NCBI GenBank assembly: GCA_013239625.1 | Contig: MU054118.1 | Span: 1 to 64,000, forward strand | Length of the DNA stretch: 64,000 nucleotides | Source of the DNA: Lama guanicoe | Taxonomy: Eukaryota | Reading direction: 5' to 3' | Shown here: piece after piece, positions 25,579-37,679 of the stretch | How positions within the stretch are numbered: position 1 is the first letter of the stretch | How the letters are laid out: the number at the start of each line of letters is the position of its first letter | The notes under the pieces: model-generated | The model's input: the letters and a program-made list of their open reading frames with translations, nothing else | What the model was told of the DNA's origin: nothing | Databases searched by the model: none | Position numbers and translations under genes: made by a program

Positions 25579-27187
25579 TGATTATTTGATTCAGTTTGCA
25601 TGCATCTACTCTTCAAATGTTAAAATGCTCTTGAGAGCATTTTTAATGTCTATTCATCAACTCTTGATTCCCTTGATATAGATGAGCCTATATGAAACTT
25701 AGGTTTTGTTCATAATTTTAATTTTATTAATTAATGTATATAACAAAGCATTTACCTCATACCAGGCCTGATTTAAGTACTTTGCAAGTGTTAACTCTTT
25801 GTATCCTCATAATGACCCCATGAGGGTAGCTGCTAATATTATTGTGATTTTCAAGTGTAGAGAATTACAAGGTTATGTAGTTTTCTTATTTTCATGTAAC
25901 CAGGAAATGGCTGAGTGAGGACCAAAACTCAATTCTGAGAAAGGCCAAATTTCATCCTCTTGAGCACTGTATTCAGTTGCCTCCTATTTGGATGCTGAGT
26001 TGCAAAATGTAAATTATTCTTACAGTAATTATGCACAAGCTTATTTAGAAAAACTTTTCTATCTTTATAATTTTTATGAAAACCCAGAAGACAATTTCAA
26101 TTTAACTGTTCGAACATGTTTGAATTATGCTTATATGAGATTTGTAATATTTTAAAAATTATTTGGGTTTTCATTTTAAAATATTTTAATTAAAATTTAA
26201 AAAAATTAGATTATTTTGATATAATTTTTTAATTCTATTTTATTTTAGAGGAAAATCGCAAGGTTAAAAATGTAAAACTTCTTTTTGTTGTTATAGCTAA
26301 AACATTTATTCAATGTCATGCTTTTTGGTTTTATTGAATCTCTCCTCATGTCCAATGCCAATTTTATTTTCTTCTTGTATTCTATGGAAAATAAGATATA
26401 TCATCCCTTTGTGGTATCTGAGCAGACAAGTACACTTTAGACTTAAGACTTTTTATTGTGAATTAACATCTCTTTGCCTAATTTACTTTTTTACAACTTG
26501 TTATTATAAGTTTCAAAAGTATGGAAAAGTTGATAAGATAATGCAAGCAATACCCATACACCTCGAAGACTCAACAGTTGTTAAGTTTGCTTTATTTGCT
26601 CTGTGTGTGTGTGCATGCATACATGCAGAAGGAGGTATAAAATATTTTGAGGTTAATTGTAGACAACATAGCTTTTTAATGTTAAATAGGTTAGCATGCA
26701 GTTTTTGAGGATAAATACATTATTGTATATACTTGAAATACAATTATTATGTGTAAGAAATTTAAGATAATAAAACTTGAGGAAATCATTTAAAATAATA
26801 CATTCTTAAAAATAATATGCTTTAGCCCTAGTTATAGTGAAAAGTATGAGCTGTGAAAGGCTTTTCTAAAACAGAGACCAAATATAGGAGGAAAGCTGCT
26901 TTGCAGTGTAATCACAGATAGTGCATTCCTGTAGATATGTTCATTGACAGACTCTTAAACCGCTATCTCACACTTAACACTGACACAGAGACAATGGATT
27001 TGAGATAACAGAGCAATGATACAACTCAACAAAAGCTTAGACTTACCATGTTCCATTTTCAGTCTTTGTTAAAACTTGGAGTCAAGATCTATTCAAGTCA
27101 TTTCTTTAACTCATTTTCCTCTCTTTGGACTGGGGCATTTGTTTTCTGTGACTTAGAATATTTTACTACTATATAATTTTGTCATTT

Positions 27188-27789
27188 TGAGACCAGATGG
27201 AAGGGGGCAGGGCACAGCCATTCAAGGGATGCTATAGCAATTACATCAAAATGGTGAAAGATTCAACCCCCAGTAGGCCTTGAGGCTCAGGATGAAGAGA
27301 TTTACCTTCCAGCAGATCTTGAGCTTCATTATACGCCCATTGTAATAGTGAGGTGGTGAATAACATGCCCACAGGCACCATGGCAGTCCCAAGGCTAGCC
27401 ACAAAGGTCAAAGGGTGGGAAATGGCCAACTCCCTGGGAATCCCAGCCTCTTGCCCTAAGGCTGGTCCTTCCACTTAGTAGCATATGAAGCTACCAAGCC
27501 CATAAAAACCAGCAACATGCGCCTCAAGGCCACCCCTCTCTCTCCCTCCCTCTTCGGAGACCAGCCCACACTCTGTCTAAGGAGTGTGTACCTACCTTTA
27601 ATCTGAGCATCCAACCCCCACACTTCATGGCCTTTCTCTTGCTTTTCAGTGTATCTCTGAATAAATCTACCTTCATTCAACTGTGGCTCACCCTTGAATT
27701 CTTTCCTGCATGAAGCCAAGGACCCACAGGGGCTCAACCGAGACTTGGGACATGACAGTCCTCATCCCCACATCTGTTTACCTGCATCA
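27188..27789 (+). mobile_element. Solo ERV LTR
   Basis: TG...CA termini, 4-bp TSD ATTT (27184-27187 and 27790-27793), a TATA-like cataaaa and an AATAAA; GC-richer than its flanks. Confidence 0.85.
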
Positions 27790-29775
27790 ATTTCATTTAT
27801 AGTTAAACTCTGAAAGTGTAATATTTGGAAGAAAATACCATTATTTTAGATAAATAGCATAAAATAAGATTACACTATCAATCATTAAAAAATGTATTTT
27901 CAAAATATATATGTGAATGTTATGAATTTAAAAGTAATTTGCACTGTTCAGTTGGATTCCAAACATTGTGGAAGTAGTCTGTATTTTAGCTTTTCCCTAC
28001 TCTATCTTTTCCTTTCCTTCTTAGTTTTTGCTGAACTGTATTTTTTATTTCAAAATGTGTTGTCTCTCCCATAAATATTCATTCGGTTTGTATATTTTTC
28101 ATTTTAGAATTTTTAGAATATGTAAGAAATAATCACTTATGAATTTTCTTTTTTTTTCTATTTCAGTGAACTACCTACACAGAATTTTATCTCAATTGCT
28201 ATAAAAATTATTCAAAATTACAAAAATATTTAAAACATTATTGCCTTTGATAACCTTAAAATGTTTTTCCCTAGTCTATAATTACTCATTCTTATAATCA
28301 CCTTAATAGTAACTAAGATATTTAATTTTTCCTCAGGATTAGCCTCATTCTATAGCTATTTATACATGTTTCAGGCCTAATTTGCAATATAATTTTTATA
28401 TAATTGTCATTTCAAATACATTTTTACCATCCTTTAAAAATGTTTCTTGTAACTGCTTAGGAATGAATACATTTAAGTATTACTTCATCTTTCTAAAATG
28501 TGCAATTAAAAAATTTCAAAAATTTTCTCAAGGGGCACAGCAAAAATGTGACTATGCAATGCACATAATTTAGCAGACTGTTGGTCAGGGAACAAGCACT
28601 CTGATTTATTTGCATTCTAAGGACTTCATTGATTTTCCTATGAGGCTTATACACAACAATTTTTGATATTGTTTTTGTTTTTCATTAGTTTGAATATAGG
28701 TAATTAAGTTTCAGTCTTAAAGGGGGAAAGGGCATTGGAAGGAAATAGTTCAAAGTGCAGAAGAGTCTGTTGTTTCCATGAATTTCTGGTCCCCTTTCAT
28801 TGTGTCCACATGCTCATGAACCCCTTGTTCTGATATCATTACTGATCATATTAGTTGTTTGCTCAATGATATGTTTTATTATTTGTCAATCGAAAATTCA
28901 AGGAGAAGGCAAAACAGGGGATAAAATTTGAGGTATTTTATTAAAGTCTTGGAATGAGAATTAGAGTTCAATTTTCACCAAATGATCTGCTTTCTAATTA
29001 TAACTTTGTTCTTAAAATTACAAGAAAACATATTTCCTTATCCCCACTCTTTCCTCTACCTTTTGAGCTATGAAATTCTTTACATCTTTTAAAATAATTT
29101 TTGCAAATTGCATAGCATACAGAATGTATTTTGCAGGTGGACATCCTTTTGGAATCTCACCTTGTGACTTTATTCTAATTATAAATTATTGGTTTTTATA
29201 AATCATAGAAACTAATTTTCAAATTTTATTTGATTATCTTATAAAACATCATATGCTTTAAGAAACCTAAGCTTTGGAGCAAAACTTGCACTATACACTT
29301 GCTCTTTTTATTTTCCAGTTTCATTGAAAAGTAATTGACATACATCATGCTCTTCTAATGTCTTTATTCCCATTTGCGGACTTGGCATCTGAAAATTTTT
29401 AGTTTGCACTGGGAAAGTAGCTGGAATGCACTCCACAGGGCAGAAGAATGTGCTGTCATCTTATACAATACTATGTGATGTCAAGGTCACAGTGAAGAAA
29501 AATGTTTCAAATTATCAATAGATGACTTGGTTGCCACGATGTCCAAATAAAAGTCAGTTGGATTGCTCTCTGGGTCTCTCCTACCCACTTAGTTTAGTTT
29601 TTGTTGCTAAAATTTGTTATTGTAGCATTTTTCCCTTTTCCAAGATTTATGGATATTCATAAGGCCACATAAAAAGAGACCTCCAGAGAGAGCACTGTAG
29701 CCTATTCTATTCCTGTATTTAAAAGAACTTTAATTTACAGTGAGTTTAACTTAACCATGTCCTTTATTCTTTAAG

Positions 29776-29856
29776 GTGAATTTGGAGACCATGGCATGTC
29801 AAAGAAATGAGGGGCCATCTATCAACTTATAGTGAGGATGAGAAGAATTGGATCTA
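29776..29856 (+). pseudogene. TLL1: TLL1 exon 3 remnant
   Basis: 81 nt encoding (G)EFGDHGMSKK*GAIYQLIVRMRRIGS; TGA at 29808-29810 where Arg is expected. Confidence 0.93.
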
Positions 29857-29891
29857 GTATATTAGTGTTTAAAGTTGCAGATACTTGACTT

Positions 29892-30046
29892 TTTTAAAAA
29901 ATTGTATTATTTAATTATTTTAATTTGGTGGGGGTAAGAGAGGTAATTAAGTTTATTTATTTTTAGAGGAGGTACTGAGGATTGAACCCAGGACCTCCCG
30001 TATTCTAAGCACACACTCTACTGCTTGAGATATACCCTCCCCACCC
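29892..30046 (-). mobile_element. Vic-1-like tRNA SINE
   Basis: Same family as 14395-14555; TSD tgcagatacttgactt / tgcagacacttgactt. Confidence 0.88.
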
Positions 30047-32071
30047 TGCAGACACTTGACTTGGTGCACAGTGAATATTACAGCAGTTCAGTTTGCCATT
30101 AAGATGTACAGCATGGACAGGATAGATTCTGAAAGTCCATTATTCATTTTGATTTTGTTAGTTGCTTTTCAATGTAAGTTTTTTAGAATGTAATTTGGAA
30201 CATTTGAAATATTGCAATTTATTTTCAGCTTCTCATTATTAAAAAATTATATTAGGTGTTTATTTTATTGTTGACCTTTATTTCCAGTACATTGGTATGA
30301 CACAGTGATTTTATCAAGCATGGAGCTACATAAATTTTTGTCACATGAAAACATATCATGGCTGTTTGTTTTGAAATAAAATCCACTTATTGGCAAATGA
30401 ATTAATTAGATTAAAAATAGTTGAAAATATTTTTGACCCTTCCAAAGATATATATAAGAAAACATTCAGAGGAATTGCCTTCTGGCTTCATGATTAGTTA
30501 ATATGTAAAGTATAGAATATATTAATCACTATCTGTATATTTTAGAGTTTCTTTTTAAAGTCTTCAGTTCAAAGTTCTAATTCCCTTGATTATTAATAAA
30601 ATACTTAAAAGTGCCTACTTTCAAGAATTAATTTTCCAAATCAAAGATGCTTTATTCCAGGATATTAAGAAGATAGAGATGTTAGGGACACACACATAGG
30701 GGGCATACACTCAATATTTCTTGTCTGAAGTGTATGCAAGTTGTAAGATATTTGTATCAACAGTAATATATAAATAAGAAAAAATAATCATGCAAATTTA
30801 GGAAAAATAAAACAGTAATAATAAAAGTTATGAAATGTTACCAAGAAAAGTTAGTGACTACAGACCTGAACGTGCTCCAGAACAGATTGCATTTTGTTTT
30901 GGCCTGTTCACTTTCTATGCTGAGCTCTAAACCATGCTGTTTTCTGGATGTGAATCCCAAGGAAACTGGTCTCAGAATCTGAAACCATGTCTATCTTATC
31001 CTTATTTCATTTACTGTCTATACAGTGTAATATTCACAATTTTAGGCTGTGCTAGAGAGTATCAATTCTGATCTAAAGAATTAGGGAATTAGCAGGAGTA
31101 AGAAGAGTTTTGAACATCAAAGGACTTTAAAAAAGTCTGTTTTATTGTGATGGAGAATTTCTTAGTGATCTAATAAAGCAGAATACAGAATACAAAATAC
31201 TGGTATTCAGCCAACTGAAAGGAATATAGAATACAATGTTCCCTAAACTTATTTAAAAAATGAAATACCCATCTCACCCTTTTAATAGTGAAGAATGTAT
31301 ATCAACATCCCAGAACACATTTTGGGAAAGGCTAGCCTGAGAATAAAATCCAGATTCTTTGATATAACATTTAAGGAATTCCATGAGCTTACCACAGCTT
31401 CCACCTGCCACTTCTTCTGCTCCCACATGTCTCCACAAATCCCATAATCTAGTCAAGTTACAGTCACAGTAGTTCTCCAAATAATGATGGATACTTTAAA
31501 AGATTTTTCATTGTAAAATTTTTCATGCTTTTCTCTCTGCATTTCCAGTTACTTGAAACTCATATTTAAACATTTGAATATTTAAATTTAGCTTCCATTT
31601 TTGTTTATTTGTTTGCTAAGAACATAGGGTGTGCTGTCTACTTTACCCTGCATCACATCAAGGGGTACAAGTGCCTGGACTTACTACTTAAGTGATGCTA
31701 TTATGATCAGTGGATTTAGGTGGTGACGGCCAGGTCTCTGCATTGTACAAGTTCTCCTCATTGCAAAATTGTGATTTTCTAATGTTGTTCTTTTCTTTCA
31801 TTCCTTCCACACTTATTAGCTGAAATTCTTCTATAAAGAGAAATTTTCTCTAATCAGCTATAGCTATTTGAATACCTTCTATTATAGTTCATGTAGGGAA
31901 GTAAAAATAACTCCTTAATTCCTTTGGAGGAAATAGTTCTTGCCCTAATGACACATATTTTGTGGGTGGTAGGAATATGTATTTCACTAGGTGTTGGGAG
32001 AATTACAACATCTGGCTTTGTTTCTACATTTTCCCAGAACATTTAACTTAACTTAAAAAGTAATGGGTTTT

Positions 32072-32164
32072 GTGCTTCCTTCAGAGGCACATATATAAAA
32101 CTGGAAAGATGCAGATATGAGCATGGCCCCTGCACAAAGGTTACATGCAAATTCCATATTTTTT
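32072..32164 (+). pseudogene. RNU6: U6 snRNA retrocopy (5' part of a U6-L1 chimera)
   Basis: gtgcttccttcagaggcacatatataaaactggaaagatgcag...agcatggcccctgcacaaaggttacatgcaaattccatatttttt follows U6 from its first base to the 3' U tract, with substitutions and small deletions. Confidence 0.92.
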
Positions 32165-32370
32165 AATAAATTAGGAGTTTGGGATTTGCAGATACTATTA
32201 TATATAAAATAGATAACAAGGTCCTACTGTATAGCACAGGGGACTATATTCAGTACCTTGTAACAGCCTATAATAAAAAAAAGAACATGTATAAGTATAA
32301 CTGAATCACTATGTGATATACCTGAAACTAACACAACATTGTAAATCAACTATACTTCAATTTAAAAAAA
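32165..32370 (+). mobile_element. LINE-1 3' end fused to the U6 copy
   Basis: Typical artiodactyl L1 3' UTR (ctactgtatagcacaggg...aactaacacaacattgtaaatcaactatacttcaat plus A tail). A single TSD, aatgggtttt, flanks the whole U6+L1 unit. Confidence 0.88.
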
Positions 32371-33638
32371 TGGGTTTTAATTTTGGCCCTAAGTGACATT
32401 AAGGAAAATTATAGATTATTATTTTTCTGTATATTTTTGGATAGTGCCATAATTTTTTAGCTATGACTTATTTAAGCAATGTTTCCTTCTGAATTACTCT
32501 AATTTTAGCTTGACAAATTTTGATTACATTTGAAGTCCCTCCTAGTACTTTATGTGTATTTAGTATTTAAAAAACCAAATCTGGACTGTCCTTCCTTCCT
32601 CTGGTTATCTAGTAGGAGTGGATATACATATTTGTAAATATATAATGTATTCAGATCAATACATCTTTTCTCTTTCCTGCCCTTCAATTTTGTAAAACAA
32701 ATACACCCAAAGCCCCAGTCGCTTATTATTTCATTGCTCAAATTTTTTTGTAACAAATTCATATATATACTCATATTCTTTTATTAATTTGGCTCTTTTC
32801 AAAGTTTTACATTTCACTTGTTTTATCCTGCTAAACTATCTTTCTCCATTTACTGTCGTATCTTGTTTGTTTTTGTGACATTTTAGCTGCTTGAATGTCT
32901 TTCCTTTCTCATCGGTGGAAGTCTATCACATATTTATTCTCATCCATTTCTGAGCTTCCCACAGTGGGACTTTGCTCTGCAACAGCTGTAATAGCTCCAA
33001 TTCACTGCCAGTTCAAATGTCTGCCTTCGCCACTGATAAGGGCAGGGAGCCTACTTCTGTGTCCCTTGTGACACTCAGCATACTGCTTTGTAAGTAGGCG
33101 ATCACGAAGGTATTGACAACTTACACGTCAGCTAATGTATATTGTGTGTAATCCTAAGATAAAAGAATGTAAGAATTTAAAGGGGTTTTGAAGAACATGT
33201 ACTTCATGACTTTAGAGATGTGAAAACTGAAGTTGGAACTTGCCCAAAGATACTGTAGTTGCATTCCTGAAATTAGACTTTTTTTGAGTATTTGTATGTA
33301 CATTTGTGACTGTTATAGTAATAATGTTGCATTTTGATTTGTTTTGGTGCTCACTTTTCATGTCAAATTTGCCCTGTGTTGTATTTTTCAATGATAAGAA
33401 GGATTATGCTTTTTATAGGAATTGATCTTTGACTCACTAATCATTCCGATCGTTTCATGACTTCTAAATTTAATTTGAAATTACCATTATTGGCTACAAT
33501 TTCATGAAACAATTATTTCATCTTTTTGCTATACTAATGCTGTATTTACACCTCCTTAAAATTAATTTAAATTATTAAAGGTTTTGAATGTTGATATTGC
33601 ACAAAATACTGAGGGCCATCTAGAATAAGATAGATTTT

Positions 33639-34085
33639 CTCTTTCCTCAGCTGCCGCCAAGGTGCTCGGTTCGTCCGAGGGAGCTAAGGCCGCGCTGGGG
33701 TGAAGCCCTCACTTCATCCGGCGACTAGCACCGCGCCCGGCAGCGCCCGCCTGGGGCTCTCCCGCGCCATGGCCTCGGTCTCCGAGCTCGCCTGCATCTG
33801 CTGGCCCTCATCCTGCACGATGAAGAGGTGACCGTCACGGAGGACAAGATCAACGCCCTCATTAAAGCAGCCGGAGTGAACTTCGAGCCTTTCAGGCCGG
33901 GCTTGTTTGCAAAGGCTCTGGCCAACGTCAGCATCGGGAGCCTCATATGCAACGTGGAGGCCGGTGGGCCATGGAAGCGAGAAAGAAGAGTCCGAGGAGT
34001 CTGATGACGACATGGGCTTTGGTCTTTTTGACTAAACCTCTGTAGGAACACATCCAATAAGAACCTGAGCTCTTAAAAAAAAAAA
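33639..34085 (+). pseudogene. RPLP1: Processed pseudogene of 60S acidic ribosomal protein P1
   Basis: Intronless. Has a 5' pyrimidine tract, ATG at 33769, MASVSELACI / ALILHDEEVTVTEDKINALIKAAGVNFEPFRPGLFAKALANVSIGSLICNVEAGGP / KEESEESDDDMGFGLFD, stop ending at 34035 and poly-A at 34075-34085. Frameshifts and a deleted hinge. Confidence 0.97.
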
Positions 34086-35666
34086 CTCTCTAGTGGGTTA
34101 TAGATTAATAGTTATAAAATCAGCTCTATACCTTTATGAAAACCTCACCTTAGAATTGAATATGCTAAAATATACTGACCATTTTTTATGAAGAAGAGTT
34201 TTAACAGTTGCTTCTGTCAGAGGTTGAGATAATGTAGGGTATTTCCTGAGAAAGGTTGTGATACAGACAGACAAACCAGAGACTTGCAGAACATAGGTTT
34301 CATCATATGGTCTGCTTAGTTCATTGAAAACTGCTTATTGTGTGAGTTCATTATAAGGTGGACTAACACACTTAACTCTAGGACTTGGGTTCTGTAACTT
34401 CAGGCTGATTGTTTCATCTTTAATGCTCAAGTGAGTGTATCAGATTTCCTTATCACATGTAGGAAAAATTATACTCTGTGGCATCACTCAGTTTCTTTAT
34501 TGTCTTTCTGGAAAACTTTTTCCTTGATGTGATATTTTACATTTGGTAGTAATGTGTCAGTTGGAATAAAATTAAGATAGATAAGTGTTGTAATGGTTCT
34601 GTTTTTTAACTCAAATCTTGAATTTGAAATCCTAAAGCTCACATTTACATTTTGATGTTTCAAAATGAGCTGTAAAAGTGGCCATCTTTGGCTGCTGAAC
34701 TTGTGAAACATGAATCACTGAAACCTAAACTAAACCTCAGGAAACACTCTGCTTCTGAACCACAGATGTAGATCTATGTGCTTAACTCTACGTTATTTTC
34801 AAATTTCAAGAAATACATTACAATCCAAACACTAATAGGCAGTTGAGAAATCTATTAATACAACAATAGCCAGAAGCTAAAATAACAGTTGTGAAAAGTG
34901 AAAAAAAGAAAAATTATTAAGTTCTGAAACATATTCGTCTTGATCAAAAAAGTCCTCAAAGTAGAGCCTCCTTTTCATCAAAGAGAATCTTGTTTGTTTT
35001 GCATGAACTTGCTGCCGTTATTTTATCTTTTTTTTTTGCTGTGCTAAGGATGTGTGAATTTTTTAATTTTCTTTTTTAACTTAAAATCAAAAAAATTTTA
35101 ATATATATTTATTGATGTTATTTTATCTTTAGTGACAAAATCATATAGCAAACGCCTGCAGTGTTGTGTGTACATACAAATACTGCTGTTTTGTTTTCCC
35201 CAATGTTTCACAGGAAGCATTTTTTTCTTTTTTCTTTTTTTGGTCTTGGCAAATGTAGTCATAAGAGAAAGGTGGGGAACTCATTAGATAAAAATGTAAC
35301 TTTTTACAGTCATAGTACTGTAAAAAAAAAAACAACCAACATTTAAAATTTTAAAGAAAGAAATATTATGAAAAAGTTAAAGAGTATACAAAGAAAACAA
35401 ACCCAAAGTATATCTTTGGCAATCTACCATTTTGCTGAAATTAACTTATTAATGAATGCAATATTGCTCTTTCAGAATGATATTCATTTGCACACAGTGG
35501 CACTGGATGTGCCCTTTTGCATGTGCCTGGGTGTTACTGTGTAAATACAACCACGTGAAGATCAGTGATCAGATACAGATACAGAGCAGATACAGGCCAG
35601 GAATGGCTCTTTTGTTCTCTTTTCTATTAAGAGGTTTATGGACAGTTTCCTGTGCCTGCTTCTTAG

Positions 35667-35765
35667 GTCAAGGGTACAATTTTCTGAAGATGGAGCCTGG
35701 AGAAGTGAACTCACTTGGAGAAAGACATGATTTTGACAGTATCATACCAGGAACACCTTCTTAAG
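35667..35765 (+). pseudogene. TLL1: TLL1 exon 7 remnant
   Basis: Encodes [27 protein letters not shown], then a ~7-nt deletion destroying the Met-turn SIMHY, then RNTFL. Confidence 0.95.
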
Positions 35766-36342
35766 GTTGGATTCTCAGCTTATACCTTTTGACTTTAAAT
35801 TCCTATCCTCTGTGTGGCCCCTCACAAAACTAGATTTAACTTTACAACTAGAACCACTTTCAAGTATTGCTGCCACAAAGTACAAAAAATACTAATTGGC
35901 ATTTATAACTGACACCGGGCTTTTGAGATGTGAAAAACACATTTTCACATTTCCTATCAAATAAATAGATTCAATGTAAAAGTTAAAATGATATGAATTA
36001 TTTAAATTATTTAATATTCCTAAATCAAAAAAATTCAATGAAAATGATTACCAAAACAATCAGAATGTTAAACTGGCAAAGCACTTTTAATGAAATTTAG
36101 GACTTTCAAGTCAAAAAGAGAGCTCAGTTGCTGAGTTGGAATGTTACGCTCTCTATGTGACTTACATTCTCTACTATGTATTTTCTGTTGCTCAAGTACT
36201 AATTATACTCAAAAATTGCTATAGTAGAATAATTCTCAGAGAGTGTTTTAGGAAGCTATTTTACTTCATAGAATTTAGAATTTTGCCATCTGTTAACCTT
36301 CAACTTATTTCATTAGTGACTGATGTTTATTTTTAAGGGTCT

Positions 36343-36600
36343 GCGGGGGGGGAGGGGTGGGAAGGGACAGACTGGGAGTTCAAAATTTGTAGATACTGAC
36401 AGGCATATGTAGAATAGATGAACTAGTTTATACTGTATAGCACAGGGAAACATATCTAAGATCTTTCATCATGGTAGCTCACAGTGAAAAAGAATGTGAC
36501 AATGAATATAGGTATGTTCATGTATAACTGAAAAATTGTGCTCTACACTGGAAATTGACACAACATTGTAAACTGACTATAACTCAATAAAATAAAATAT
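36343..36600 (+). mobile_element. Young L1 3' end
   Basis: G-tract, tactgtatagcacaggg, then aactgactataactcaataaaataaaa tail. Confidence 0.85.
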
Positions 36601-37679
36601 AAATTTGGGAAGAAGAGGTTATCAGGAAGTAGTTCATGGTAAGTAATTTGGAGCTGTTTTTAACATTGAAGTCATCTCTTGTTCCCATTCTATGCCCATT
36701 TTATACTTGTATGTCTATTCCACTCACTCTTTTTGATCTCTGTGTCCATTTCACAACTCATTAATGCGTGCTTCTAAAGGCAGGATTAGGAAGAAGACTG
36801 AAAAAATCAAATTAATTCCCCTGTCTTTTTTTTTTAATTATTGGTAAAAACTAGAGAAGGATATAAACAAACTCTTAATACTTGAATACATTTTAAAATT
36901 ATGCTTTTTTTAAAGGCCAAACTTCATTATTAAAATAATTGAGTGGTAACTGTATTTTAAAAATCATTTTCTTCTGAAATGTACAATATATATTTGTTCA
37001 AATATAATAACTATCCAAATATTTACTATCTCTGGAATTGAATTTAAGCTTTAGTAAAAATATACCCATAAATTTGGCCTGAAATTAAACTTAAAGAGTT
37101 GCAAAGCTTTGTTTTTAGGTCAGTGTTTGGAATTGAGTTTTCCTTAGAAATGTGAAAAATGGGGATTTGGTACCAGTTTAACTAAAGTTCTTTTCAGAAA
37201 ATACTGTTGAATTATATTAATTAGAAATAAAGTGAGTTTTGATTTTTTGGAACAGAGGAGGTGCTGCAGAGTGGAAGAAGTAATGTGTTCTTTCCCTGAT
37301 AGACAGTGAACCTATAAGAAAGCTTGAAATACATATTTTCCCTTATTCTGTACTCCTTTTATATGTTTAAATTGTTTCTTTTCTATAAACCATAGGGATC
37401 TTGCAGTTTATTGCCCCCTATACCTATTTTGGTATTGCTAGTGCCTTTTTTTCTTATTGTTTCAAAATGTTCCTATTCATTTTTCCCAAATAAACTTATA
37501 TTCCTAGAGTGAAAGTAATTATATCTATCTGTTAAAAGCATTGATGCAATTCACATTATTTTTTGTTCTGCTTTTTAAAGAAAATGTTTACTGATTCATT
37601 CATATGTTTAAATAAATGAATTTTAGGAGAGGAAATATTTGGCACAGTTCTCAGCCACCACCTCCAAAGTATTTGAAGT

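Noticed and set aside
33714..34057. 99-aa and 110-aa minus-strand ORFs
   Set aside because: Antisense shadows of the GC-rich RPLP1 retrocopy.
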